NCBI GenBank assembly: GCA_036172245.1
Contig: JAYWIR010000012.1
Location: 2,976,001 to 3,040,000 of the forward strand
DNA: 64,000 nt
Source of the DNA: Raillietiella orientalis
Lineage: Eukaryota
Reading direction: 5' to 3'
Position numbers and translations under genes: made by a program. The notes under the pieces were generated by a model that was not told where the DNA came from, did not search any database, and saw only the letters and a program-made list of their open reading frames with translations. Within the stretch, counting starts at the first letter, position 1; the number at the start of each line of letters is the position of its first letter. This document shows positions 11,800 to 24,900 of the stretch, piece after piece.

Positions 11800-13140
11800 A
11801 GAGCCCAACTGGCTCCTTCCTACTGAGGGGACTCGAAATCCGCGACGCACCCATTCTTCGGTGTCGACTCTTCCCAGGATGAGATTGGAACCCGCAACTC
11901 CTGCCGCCACGATCGGAGACCACAGGTACGCTGCCGCTATCGCGGACCAATACTTCTCGTGGGACCTGATGAGCGTCGCATCGGACGCCGTACCCCAACA
12001 TGCGGTTCGTCCCTCAGCGCCTGTCCCGCACGCTCGTTTTCCCGTGACGGCATCTGTCGGAGGATGGCCCCATCGGAGACGCTCTCCGGGACCACTGCCC
12101 AGTCTTCGGGAAGTCTCCTTGGAGGTGACCGGAAATCGAAGCGAAAGCACGATGAACTCCACGTAAGCGGTGAACCGAGTGACTCCACGCTTCAAACCCA
12201 CAGCGGGTGCTGCTCGAAGTACAGGGCGATCCACTTTAAAGTGGTCCGATACAGTTCTCGCTGTGTTTCGTCATACAGCCAGACCTGAGGTTTGCAGCTT
12301 GCAAAGAGGAGGATCCAGGACCTATCCTGATTCTGGGTCCACCTGCGGCGTTCCTCCTTCTTCGCCCTATCCCAGCTTCCCCTCCTGAGAGGAACAGAAG
12401 CTTCGAGCACAGGAGCAGTACCAATTGTTAAATCCGCGTCCAAAACCACCTCACTAAGAGGGTGGACATCGATGCTTCGAGTGTGGGACTGCAGACTTCT
12501 AAGATGAAGGGTTTACGATGGGTAGAGTGAGAGGGCGGAGTACGGATGGGCGCATCTGGGATTCCCGAAGAATCTGTGTCGTTCCCGAGATCTTTGGACG
12601 CCGCCGATCTTTGGAAAGTGAGGTTCTGCGAGGTGGAGTTTCCCGGAGGAAATCAGGCAAGGAGGTCGCTGAGCAATTAGAAGGGAATCTCCAAGGAGAC
12701 ATCCTGCCGTTCCCGAAAGCGGATTTCTTAGTCGCTTTCTCCACCATCCGCCCCCTCCTGTGTGGCAAAGCGAATCCCAGAAGAGGAGCGGATGCAGAAG
12801 TGGGGAAAAATTCTAAAATTCTCCGGGTGTGGTCTCTGGGAGCGTGGGTTGCTTGCCGTTTGCTGATGAGGATCGCCCTCCGGCGCTCGAGGATTCGAAC
12901 CCGGTCACGCTGGAAGGTTTATTTTGGAAAAAAAGAAAGAAAGAAACAAAGAAGCTGCAAGTTAGAAGGGAAGAATGGTGTCCCTTCAAAAAACAAGAAA
13001 TGCCAAAAAAAAAAAAAAAGTTCCTAAGGGTGACCACTGGCATGCAGGCCGGCTTCCAAGAAGTAGCGAACGGAGGGAGGAGACAATAAATGCATAAGAA
13101 AAGACATGAGGGTCCTGGGTTGAAGTAGGAATGCTTCCTT
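11800..13140 (-). mobile_element. Jumbled minus-strand fragments of the non-LTR family, including a 3' end at about 12895-13140
   Basis: 12290-12420 is the reverse complement of 15090-15220. About 11830-11900 matches the RT-region segment at 1580 and 18750. The minus strand reads gccggcctgcatgccagt (13036-13053), T-tracts, then aataaaccttccagcgtgaccgggt (about 12898-12922). Confidence 0.6.
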
Positions 13141-13189
13141 CTCTTCTAGGAGTGGCTCTGGACGGTGGCGATCTCCCTAGCAACTTCCG

Positions 13190-16100
13190 GCAAATGAAGC
13201 CACGTTGCTGCCGTCCTCATGACGGATGCTTCTATGCTGGTGGCCTCTCGTCGCCGCAAACTTGCTTCTAGCACGTGGCGGAATGTCTCTATGGCTCGGA
13301 TGCAACCGATTGTTCTCATCACCCGCGTCCGTCTTGAGCCCGTTTCCGATGAAGAAGCGTCGCAGCAAGTCTTTAGCAGTGCCTTGAGGTAGACGGAGCG
13401 CCGAAGCAAGTCTCTACCACAAGTCTCCGAGGGCACTGCAGACCAACAGGAGGTGCGGGAGTGATTTCATCTCCCACACCTGGAACAGTTCGGGGAAGCA
13501 GCTCCCCGGAAACCAGGTATCTGAGCTGATTGCACTGGAATCCACAGTGCAGAAACAGCAGGACATCCGGTTTACAGCACGACGGAATATGAAAGTGTCC
13601 ACACCGGGGAGAAACCGCGAGTTCTTCGGGAGGCATTCCAAATTCACACCACCGAAGGAGCCCCTTTGCCTGGAAACGGCGAGTGGCGCCATCCACCAAC
13701 GCGCTCGCATTGCAGCCGTCCAAGAGTTTTTCCACTCCTGCAATGTTGCAGGAGCACTCCCACCCCGTTGCAGTTGACTACTGTCATTGCTTGCCCTGAG
13801 GCAGACAGCGCTGCGGCAAGGGGTGTGACGGGTATCCGGGACCACCGTGTCCAATGCAATGTCACATGCTCGAGGAGTGAGAGCGATTTTTCTCTCTTTT
13901 TACTCCATAAGGGGAAGGAGGAAGAATGGAGAAAGAGAAGAGGAGGAGGTGGAAGGCAGGAATGCGGGAAGAAGAAGGAAAGAGGAGAAGGAAGGGAGAA
14001 GAAGAGAGAAGGGAGAGGAGGAGGAGACGAGGTAGAAAAGAAGAGGAAGAGAAGGAGGAAGAGTGGACTGTCCATTCCTCCCGAAACACGCACGCGAGAG
14101 AGCAAGGGAAAGACCACAACTCCGGAGAGGACATCAGAGTAGCGAACGAGACACTCGATGGCCCTCCACCCGAGCAAGGAGTACGCCGCGCGAAGCACAG
14201 GAGGTATCCCCGGGCTACTCCCAGGATTACGGAAAAGCGCCGATCCGCATGAAACTTCTCTTCCAGCTCCGGAGCACTGGCAAACTCTTCTTTTCGTTCT
14301 CTCCCTCCCCCTTCACAACCTCCCCCTCTGAGTCCCTCCTGCGATTTCCCTGGAGCCTTACAGGTTTCTTCCCTGTTTTAGAGCACAAGACAAGGGACAC
14401 GGGGAGCCACAAAGGAGGAGGGTACGGGGGGAAGGGAAAAAAGGAGCAGCTAGAACCACTCCAGAAGAAAGTCTCTCGCTCTCCCGGCAGGCGGTGCCTC
14501 TCACGAATGGGGAGCGGGCACGGGAGCGCCAAGAGCAGGTGCATGCTCTCCTGGCATGCCGGAAGACAAGGGGGAGGCAGAAAAGGACGACTAAAGCAGG
14601 GAGGATGGTGAAAAAGGGAAACAAAGGGACGGAAGCGTGAGGAAGAGGCTGGGATCATGGGAGCAGCCATCTTTCACCTCCCTCCTCCAAAAACGAAGGA
14701 AAACGGGAGAGCGGAGGCGACGATAGGGAAGTTCTGCGAGAGGAAGAGATGAAGGAAGGAGAGAGCAATCAAATTCCTGGACTGGAAAAAAACACACACA
14801 CACTCGCTGATTAGAAATCCTTTTTTTCCCTCTCTCTCTTAGGAGAGAACCTCTGATGATGAAGAGGGAGGACGCGTGATCCGCAACTGCTGTCGTTCAC
14901 CCCATTCGAAAAGGAGATGGCAAAAGCAAGAGGGATGGGCAAGGAGAGGGACGTGGGTAGGCGAGCAAGAGGCTAGAAAGAAGCAAGAAAGGGAGGGAAA
15001 AGAGACAAAAAAAGGGCGCAAATAGGCAGGAATGGAAGCAAGGAGGGTCCTTCTCCTCCTATGGAAGAGGAGGAGCAGCTCGCGCAAGACGCTCTCTGCT
15101 CCTGAGCTTAAAGTTTCTGTCCCTCTCAGGAGGAGGAAAAGATGGGGTAGAGCAAGAAGGAGGGGTTCCATAGGTGGATCCAGAATCAGGGTTGGTCCTG
15201 GCTCCTTCCCTTTGCATCGAAACCACTCCTCACCACTTCGAACCTTCTCCTCCTGCCCTGTTCAGGATGAAAGAGACTTGACCACTGCGAAAGCATCGGG
15301 GCTGTAAGACCTCAAAATGCTGGTCACGACAGTGCGCCAACATTTATGAGCGGTTTCGCAAGGTCGGGTCGCCTCGACCTTGGAAAGTTCCCTTGCAAGG
15401 AGCATCTCTTGTCTCTGCATCAAGAGGCAAAGGGCTCTTTGAGGAAACGACCACAGTCACTTACTGTTCTAATTCATGTCTCCTTCCCCATCCCATTCTC
15501 TGCCTTTTTTCTTCACGGAAATCAAGAAAAGGAAGGGTGGGAGATCAATGCTCTTTAAGGTCACCTACTTATCTCGCGTAAATCCGTTGGCAACGTGGAG
15601 TTAAGTCGAGCTAAGTGGGACGGCAATGCATGCACCTAAGTAGCCTCATATGTGCCCTCAACAACTCCAGAGCACCACTTCTGGTCTCAAAGAGAAACTG
15701 TGATGAAAGGAATGCAGAATGCATGTCTTCCACCTCGTAGAAGCAGCACCAGGAAGTCTGGATCATCGGCATGCCTTTGGAAGAGGGGTAGTGTTTACCT
15801 CTTTGGTGAAGTTGTCTCTCCCACAGACTTTCGCAGAATGTCTCTGCCGTCTGCCACCGTCCAGGCTCCTCAGCTGCGGCAGTGCCACTGGTGGCACTTG
15901 TTTTCTGTGAGGAGATTTAAGGAATCAGGTTTCAGAGGGCGAGCCCGTCTCCAGGCAAAATTAGCTTGCGAGTCTCGCTGCCACTTCACTCATGTGGCTC
16001 TCCCGTACATATTGCATGGTATCGTCCCTCCTCCTTCCCTCCCCCTTCCCTTCCTTCTTTCCCTCCTCCCTTTCTCCTCCATTCCTCCCTCCTCTTCCTT

Positions 16101-17347
16101 TCCTCCTTCTCCTCCCTTCCTTCCTTCCTGCACCATGGAAATGGTGCAGAAAGAGAGAAAACTCAGAAATAGCAAAGTATGACATTGGCAGATTAGTTAG
16201 CACACCCAAACTCTTGCAGCATCTTTCATCCTCCTCTTTCTGTACCGATGCACCTTCATCTTTCTGGTATATTCGGTTAGAACCGCCCTGTGGCATCTCA
16301 AAGTTCACTCTGAGCCTCTTGGGCATGAAAAGCTCTAGAGTGATGAGGCAATGAATGCCCCAGTGTTGCTGCAGAATAATCTCTGGATCCCTTGACTCAC
16401 CAAGGACTTCAATGCTTGACGGAAAGAGACAGTGGAAACCTGGATATCCAGTTTCAAAGTCACCTCAGAAGAATTTGCCTCTTCAAGGGAATGCCCTGGA
16501 AAATGCTGCTGTTGTAGGAATCCAGCAAGTGGTCCAGATTGGCCGCCACGCCCTGCAGAGCCTCCTGCCCTCAGCACAAGTAACAGTAGCCCACCGTCGA
16601 TGGGAGGGTTCCCCTGCATCACTGTGGATCAGAAAGCTCCTATATGACTGGAAAACGAGTTGGCTGTCGATGCCGCCACACCACGCTTTCGGTCCCAGGT
16701 TCGATGGAAAGAATCCTTGGAGTGCCCTTGCAGGACAGGTGGTCCCTGCCCTTCTCCCCCTCAAGCGGCGGCACCAAATGGTGCTTATCCGGAATTGGGA
16801 CTTCCAGCGAGAAGTGCTCCCCGCACTTGGTTTCCGGAGGAACTGCATCTCCTAACTGTTCTAGCTGAGGGGCGATCGAATCATTCCCTCGCGCACCTGT
16901 TGCTGGACTGCGGCGTCCTCTGGAAACTGTGGTGGAGACTGCGGAGGACGCGGCTGGAGACTGCGGCTGCATCGCTTTTTCGCACGCGACGAACTATCGC
17001 GCGGAGAGGTGTTCTCCGCGTAGGGTTGGGTGCGCGCCATCTCGGCGACCCGGGTCTCTCCGGAGCTACACTCGCAGTGGCGGAGAGCCACACGCCGTCT
17101 TCATGAGGAGTGCAGAGCGAGGAGGGTGCTACCGTCCTCCATCAAGAAGTCTCCAGGGAGCTCACTCACATCTCAGGAAGACCGCAGAGAAGAAGGAACG
17201 TATCTTGTTTTTCTTGTCTCCTCTCTTTCGCTCGAAACTTTCTGCTTGTCCAGCCTGCGTTCCTTTGCTTCCCTCGGGATTTCGGCTCCCGGGTTTTTGT
17301 AGGCTAATTTTCAGAGGAAATAAACGCTCTGGGGTATGACCGGGAGA
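13190..17347 (+). mobile_element. Degenerate non-LTR copy with ORF1, endonuclease remnant and C-terminal CCHC, but no recognisable RT core
   Basis: Decayed Cys/His knuckles at about 13730-13870; purine-rich tract; endonuclease-like segment at about 15300-15950; PNCSS*GAIES/LAHLLLDCGVLWKLWWRL (about 16850-16940) parallels PSCKRCGEVETLPHLLLDCGSLQGLWRRL; terminus aataaacgctctggggtatgaccgggaga (about 17319-17347). Confidence 0.7.
13910..15080 (+). repeat. Interrupted GA-rich (polypurine) low-complexity tracts
   Basis: Runs such as gaagaagagagaagggagaggaggaggagac. Mirror CT-rich tracts occur at 16025-16130, 31270-31340, 32860-32930 and 34390-34530. Confidence 0.85.
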
Positions 17348-17399
17348 GAAAGGGAGTTGGACTTTATCCCAGAGATTTTTACCATGCAGAGTGGCGCGC

Positions 17400-19085
17400 C
17401 TTACTGCAGGTTGCGTCGTGCTGAGGTTCGGCTGCTGTGGAGGAGAGGTCATGGTGCGAGAGGGGGAAGTGAACAACGCCATGTTTAGGGAGGAGGGACG
17501 TGCATTGCAGAGAGTGGGCATCGGTCAGCGCCTGCTGTTAGTTTGGGAGCTCGCGATCCCCCGCCGGTCACCTGCACGCGGCTTGGCTCCTCCGGAGTGT
17601 GCTGTTTTTCCTCGACTGGGACGCTGTCTTCCTTGAGCGGTCGATCCATGGTCACGAGAGCATGACGCTCCTGCTCCTGATGCAAACACATGTCTTCCGA
17701 TTTAGGTAAGGCCACTCCGACTGCCCTTCGGGAGAGGAGCGCCGAAATGGTCCAAGAAACGGCCCATTTCGGTGACACGGAAGGAAGGGATCTCAGGGAA
17801 TTGTCAGAGGGATTAAGGACCCGACCGATAGGAGAAGCCCGTTCCCTCTCGCCTCGGGCGACCGCTCCGATGTGCCGCAATCATTACCTGGAGGGCTGGA
17901 AGAACACGTTCCCAATCCCCTCAGGGGTGGGGTGGGAATTGGAACTGAGGACTGGGGTCTTCCTTCAGCCGGACGGAGCTCTCGCGAAACCCGTTCGCCG
18001 TTCGCCCACGCGAAAGATCGACTGCCGTCGGCTGCAGACGCAGCGGCCACCTCGTTGCCTTCTCGACGGAGCGACGCCAGAGCTCCTTCATTTTCCTGAC
18101 CGCCTTCGTGCTGCCGTGAGAGGGGAACGGCCTCGTTCCGTTCCCATCAGCCTTGGAGGACATCTCTCGAGACGTGAGAGGACCAAGAACTGTTTGTCTT
18201 CACCCATTCCGTTTGTCATTCCGGACCCTCGGGACGAGGTTAGCGTCGCGCAGCAGCCCTCAGCACGCTTGCAGATACCTGCTTGTGGCAGGTATCTGAG
18301 TTTATTTTTGATCCGTCTAGGGTAAAGAAAGGAAGGCAAGGAATCCGGTCCACTGCCGGGGGGGCGGTGCATCCCACGACTGTTTGCTTATCGATCCTCC
18401 CTCCTCACTTCCACCGTCCCCTCCCTAGCCACATGAGGTTCGGAACCACTTCGCTCCGGGCCGGCGCATATCGGACCCATCTCCCATCTCATCTTCATTT
18501 TGTTGATTTTGAATGAGTAATCTAGGATGCAGGGATAGAAAGCTCTCTGTGATTACCCGGATGCGTGCAGCTCAGTTTCCACCGTGCAGAGTGGGTCTCA
18601 AAGGTTTCGCAGACTTTATTCTGCAACATCGTCCGTCCCTACTTTTGCCCTTCCGGGGATCAGTTTTTCCGCTTCCACCCGAACCACGATAGACTATGTT
18701 GGCGGCCTCGTGGCTGTGGTCTCAGAGGGCTACACTAGGCGTCGCGAGTTGGAATCCCGGTCGGGGAAGGATCGACCCCGAGAACAAGGGTGTGGGTCGT
18801 GGGTTTCGAGTGCCCTTCAGGATGACACTGGGATTAGGATACGACACATGTGGAAGCTGGAAACCGGATTCCCCCATTGACCAGACAGGATTGAAAGTTG
18901 ACCCTCAGGGGCCCTTATCTTCCTTTTGTTGTCTCCTCCCCTTCTCTCGGAGCTCTCTGCTCGTCCGCCCTGAGTGCCAATGCCCCGTCGCCGACATTCG
19001 TTTGTCTCCCCTGGGAACTCGTGTCCCAAGTCTTTGTAGGTTTATTTTTAGAAAAAAGGAACTCTCAGACGTGACCATAGTGAAG
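17400..19085 (+). mobile_element. Rearranged non-LTR fragments ending in a family 3' UTR
   Basis: An RT N-terminal-like segment (about 18540-18850, shared with 25990-26040 and 1570-1640) runs almost directly into a 3' end (tttgtaggtttatttttagaaaaaagg...gtgacc) similar to 17290-17345. Confidence 0.55.
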
Positions 19086-19699
19086 TAAACGTGAAGAGGA
19101 GGAAATGATTATCTTCATAGGCCCACTGAAGACCTCCTCCATAGCCATCTTTCGCAAAATATACGTGACGTCACAGCAGCGACCTTTTCGCTAGCAGGGA
19201 GCTGCGACGGAAACACTAAACACCTGGAACCCCATTTGCTGTCGAACTGATGCAAGGCAAGCTGCAGCGGACCTCAATGAGGATGGATAAGGGAACGTTC
19301 CTTGAAATTTGTGGACAGACCCTGGGATGGAAACCGCTGAGTTGCATTTCCTCTTCCACCCTCCTTTTCAACCCTTCCCGACTCGGAATTCTGGAAGGCG
19401 CTGTCATCAAGAGATCGTTAGTCCCCTTCCCTATTTATTTCTTCATTTGTTTCCTCATTGTTCCTTCCACTCCCCTCAAAGTGCTGCTTGCCGTGAGGTA
19501 CGGACCGTGTGGACTCACTTGAAGTGACTAACGACATTTCACAGTATCCACTGATTTATTTAAGGTTCACAAATGGTCGGCGCTTCCGTGACTGGGAAAC
19601 GCCTCCAACTTTTGAATTCGAAGAAATCATCCAGCTAAGCACCGGAACAGGAACATTCCTTCATCCGCTTATTTGTTTCCCTGCGAGCCGAGAAGCAAT

Positions 19700-20880
19700 C
19701 ACAATGAGGTAATCAGTCACCCTCAATTGGAGCGACCTTTGCTTGGTGTTCTCTGACCGAGCACGAGACGCCTCCCTATGGCCGTTGAACCACCACAGCT
19801 CGCGAGGCTTTTGAACTCACCCCCTAATGCCCACCGGCTGCCGAACTTTGCAAACAGCATGGGGCGGTGGGGTACACACCCGAGAACTTTTTTTTTTTTT
19901 ACTCTTCTGGAAAGGGGGAGACAGGGTGGCAATGGGGATCCCGCACTAAGGGATGAAACAGCCACCGAGTTCACAAAGAACGGCGAAGCAGATGAGGTGG
20001 AACTTTGCGGCGTCGAAGAGCTCCGTCTTCGTGCTTAGACCCCGTCATAATCCGTCCCACCTCTCAATGTGTTCCCCAGTACGCTCGCTGCTCGCCGTAG
20101 GAGATACTGGGAAGATCCACGAAGAACAGGTGTGTGCAAAGCACCCTACGTTCAGCAACGCCATCCTCCTCCTTACGGGAGTGCACCGCGAAGACCGCAA
20201 GGAGGAAAAGATCCCGAGAAATCGCAGAAAAGGCGAGAAAAGGAAATTGGGATGTCGGCCTGATAGTCGCATGCCACCTAACTGAAGTGTTTCCGCCCCC
20301 GCTACCCTCCTCGAGGAATTCCTTAGCCGGGCAGTGTTTCCGGAGCGACTCCATTCTCTCCCCCTTGGCAGGTGGCAGGACTCGGCGTTGCGACTGCTGC
20401 ATCGGATCATGCAAGGCGCTCCTCCACTCCGCTGGACCAAGGGAGGTGCGGCCCCTGACTGCGTTTTGTACTTGAAAGGGAAACCCTTCCGCACCTACTG
20501 ATTGAATGTGCTGCCCTTCGGGACATCTGGGATACGTCGCGCTACGAATCCCGGAATTGACAGCCTCAAGGGCGCATTACAACCCTCTTCGCGCGAAGCG
20601 CAATGCCACCTGCCACGTCGATCGCAGCTTAAAGCTTCCCCTTCTACTGGGAAAGACCGCAAGATGGTCCCCCTCGCGACGACAGCAGGAGCTCGCCTGC
20701 ATCCCGGACAGGATGCTGAGGATGCCGGGGAGAACTCGATGATCCCTTTCTTTGCCCCTCAACATTCTTAAGAACAATTTTTTTTTTTTTTTTGGTGGGG
20801 GGCTCATTTTTTTGTTTGCTCCCCCCCATTTTCCTTGTGTGGGTCTCTCCAGGCAATAATCGCTCCCGGAACTCTTAGTG
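19700..20880 (+). mobile_element. 3' portion of a non-LTR copy
   Basis: RWSPSRRQQELACIPDRMLR (about 20660-20720) parallels the ORF2 C-terminus of other copies and is followed by a T-rich UTR at 20775-20840. Confidence 0.55.
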
Positions 20881-21999
20881 GGATTGCAATGCCACTGAGA
20901 AGGAATGACTTCTCCTCTCTCATTGATAGTTTGTTTGGGCTTTCCGCGATCAACTCCTTAGGCTAACGGGGTGAAAACTTCCGCAATTTGTGAACCCATT
21001 TTTCGAAGAGCAACGCCACTTTGACGGAGAGGGGAGAAGAGGGAAAGAGTTTGTTTTAAGGGAGGACCTGGCGCACCGGCCTGCTCGGCCTTCTGAGAAG
21101 GAAAAAAAAGAGAAAAGATTTGAAAAAAAAATAAAATAAAAGAGTAATTGATGGCTAGCTGCTGGTAATGATGAAGGTAAGGGGGTAATTTACTAATTTA
21201 AGTAAAGATGAATTTGATGTTGATAATTATTTGAATTTTTGTTGGGTTACTAAAGGACGCTGCAAGGAGAAGTGGCGACAGAGGAACGTCTTTCGTTCGG
21301 CAAATCCGCTCATCTGCTGGCGGGTCCAAGGAATGGGAACGGAAAGTGCGAAGCTACTCATCCTAACACTTCAGGAACTGCTTTTCGCAACGAATCCAGC
21401 TATCAGCTTCCGAACCGGGATTCGATCTCTGGACCGAGGGTGCCGACAACGGCATCACTGATGAGTTTCCCTGGAAAGTGTCCTTCTCTTGCACTTGGCT
21501 GTGGATCCGAATGCGCAAAAGCGGGCACTTGCTTTAAAGGATGGAGCTGCTAGTGGAGCATGAAGGGAAAGGAAGGTGTCAGAGAATACCAGCGAGTGGG
21601 GGACACACGAAAAGAGAAAACAGCTGATTCTTCGGGAGGACTGTGCAGTACAGAAGTCAGCAATGAAAATCTGGGTTTCTGCTTATTGTAGCCAAGGCAA
21701 GATCAAAGAGAAGCTAATGCTGAGGGAGTTAAATGAGGAACTCAATAAATCGAACGAGAGGCAAAGGTTTTTTTTAAAAAAAAAAAAGATTCCAGAACAA
21801 AACAGACCACCCAGGCTCGGAAAACACCCCCAGATGACACCTGATCCTTTCCCGATGCAGAGGAAACGAACAGGGATGCATGCTTGAAGTATGATAAGAG
21901 AGGCTGCCGACCATGTTGAGAGACCGGAAAAGAAGAAGCACGATTTGGGAAGTAAACAGAGAATGCTGGTGAAACCTTGTGATGGTAAAGAGTTGTCTG

Positions 22000-24900
22000 G
22001 AAGTTCAGAGTGGAATGCCTAGAGAAAGGAAGAGAGAGAGGTGGAAGAGCTTACGAGAGCAATCGAACCGAGGATGCTGGCGATCCAATCGGAAAGCCAG
22101 AACGCAAAAAGGGAAAGGGGAGCACCGGAGGCATTACCGAAAATCAAGTTGCCTCACGGGAGGTCTCAGGGCGTACGGGGAGCCGACACGATCCTGTGAC
22201 GGGGCTCACCGGCCACAAAAGCAACTGAGGCTCCGGCCTCACCGAGCCACGTCCACCGCCACTCGTTCCTCCTCCGATTCCCCAGACACTTGGATGCCAC
22301 TCGATTTCACCGGATGCCGCTGCGCTATACACACCCGTGAGGAACCGGAAACCAACGTCGAGGGGCACCACAATCTGGACAACCTCGCGGAATGTGCTCC
22401 GCATAGACAGACACAACGCATGTCCAGGGAAGAAGGAAAAAAAAGAACTGCGAGTCACGCGAGAGCAGCCGTGCGACAACCAGAATGACGGGACCACTAC
22501 GAAAGCACTTCAAACTCCCCCCATACTTCCCGTCAAAATAGCGAGGGAGGTATTATTAAGGTTATTAGGGAAGCAGGAGCGTCGTCAAGCATTTCCCTAC
22601 CTCTTGATTAGAATCAGGGAGTTCCTTTTAAGTCCAGTAGGGAAGTTCGAGAAGCGGGAAGGAGAGTGCAGTACAGAAGAGTCTGAGCAGGCCAAACACT
22701 TGAGGCGTGTGGAATGTCGGCGTTGAGAGAAGGACAAATTTTCATCTTGACAGAAGGCAAGACGGAAGACTCCTGGAGGTTTCCTGCTCCGGCAACAACA
22801 TGGAGGGCGCCGATTACTTTTCCCAATAGCGTGACCATGGAAAGGACGGGGGGGAGCAGTCCTGCAAACAGACGTAGGCGACGTTTTGGTGCACTCGGAC
22901 CTTCAAGTGCAATGAAATGCAGGGGATGCAAGACCAGGGTTCGAATGAGGTTGAAACAAAAGGGTTGGTGAAGCAGGAAGCAGGTAGCATTCCCTCACTG
23001 GGAAGGCGCTGAAGGATGGTTAGGGAACCTCGTGGAAGAATCCATGCGGCAAGTGTCGTCCGGGAGCTCGAAGTGAGTTCGCCATGTAAAGCCAACGAAG
23101 TCCCGGAGGGTCAACCACATCCCACCTACGAACCATGGGGAGTGGCTGGGAAGCGGAGCCAAGTGCCAGCAGAGGGGAAGAAAGCAGACTGAAGACCAGA
23201 AGGGACAACCCAAGTCCACGCAAGATGAGAGCCAGGAGAGGGAACGTGGAGCCGTTGAAACCCATACGAAAATTCGGGCTAACTGAAATGAAAACGAGGA
23301 GCACTGTCAAGAGAGAGATGACCAAAGGAGCATTCCAGAACTTTCTACACACATCGAGCTGCGGCAATTCTACGGAGGTGAAATGCCGAAAGCATCACAA
23401 ACTTTACCGATTCTCCTCGGTTTCGTCCAGGGTATGGGCTCGCTGGACAAACAGAGAGGGGAATCAACGAAGAATACTTCAGAAGGCATCGTGCTGCTTG
23501 CAGGATGTCTCGGCTGTGACAGAAGACCGTGGTGCCAGCTCTGAGATCTTTCAACGATGCCGAATAATTATTGGCATTTACGGAGCGAAGAAGAGAAAGG
23601 GATCGTGGAGGCAACAGCTGCATTCAAGGCTTTCCTAACGCGGACTCTCTTTGTCACGGCTTTCTGGATTCTGGAATTAGAACAGGATGAGACGCAGGAA
23701 AAATCTTCGGATAACAAAGAGAGGTCGAAGGAGATTTCGAGTCCTTTCTGAGTGAAAGGATGTGCTGGTGGTGGCTCGGGAAAGAGAGTATGGGTGTGTG
23801 CTGACAGCGGGGAAAGCGGCCAGCAAACCACTTTCCGCGGATCCTCGATTGTTGTTGAGACTCATCCATTGTATCGCTTGCCAGAAAGTCCTCAGCCACT
23901 CCCCTCTCCAAAGGAACCACTCCAAAGGTTCATCTGCAAACACAGGTGGTGTTTGTGGTGTCTGTAAATTGGCTGGGACACTTTCCCAGTACGCATGAAG
24001 CAGAGTGTCCGATGCGTGACTTGCGGCTTCCTCGGCAAGACTCTGGAACTTCTGAACGGGTTCCCGGTCGGCAGAGTCACGGAGAACCCGTGAATGCATA
24101 AACTCGGGACTCCAGGGAACCTTCAGGAGGTTCAGTTCCAGAACCCGCGTTTCCCGAGAGAACGACGGACAATTCCGATTCGCAGGCGCCTGGCAACGAA
24201 CGAATGATCGCTGCATCTCTCCGTTCCCGGTACCATGTTGTTCGGGAAGCTTCCTATAGACTCAAAAGCGTCGGGAGAAGCAGATCCTGCGGAACGGATT
24301 CCTGGTTCTCTTAGCTCTGGAAGTGATGGGAGAGGACGGGAAGGGGGAGGGACAATTCGAAAACATTGACAAAAGACTGGGTGGAACAACTCGCCTACTG
24401 AGCGGAAGGAGGAGGGGAAAGGGGAGGGAAAGGAACACGCCATCCAGAGGCAGAACGTGGGAGTGGGATGCGAGATCAAAGAGCAGGAAGTATGTCGAGA
24501 TGCGGGGGGAAATCGTGTATTATCGAATTTCTCGGAGCATGAAAAGTCGAAGCTGATTTGCATACCAGTGTCCCTTAAGACTCCATGAAAAAAAAGGCAT
24601 TCTGAGTAGAGGCGCGATGCTGTTGAGCGAGTAGAAGGGGGAAAGGATGTCAGAAAGAATTAGTGATGTATTCATTTCGGAGTATCGCTCGAAGAAAATT
24701 TGCCCAAGGGGGAAAAATCGTTCGCGCCACCTCAGATACAGGTATGTCTCGGCCTGTGGGTGGTTGGCACGAGATACCAAAAATGCTGCACATCCGATCT
24801 GTGGCCTCCTTCGCGTATCTCCTCGTCGGTAAAAGCCTTGCCGTAGGCTGAGGGAAAAAGGCGAACGCATCAGGCGGGTCACTCAAGGTCGGAGAGGAGG

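Noticed and set aside
12885..12906. tRNA B-box-like GGTTCGAATCC on the minus strand
   Set aside because: No cloverleaf or A-box; it arises where a retroelement 3' terminus (...gaccgggt) abuts its flank.
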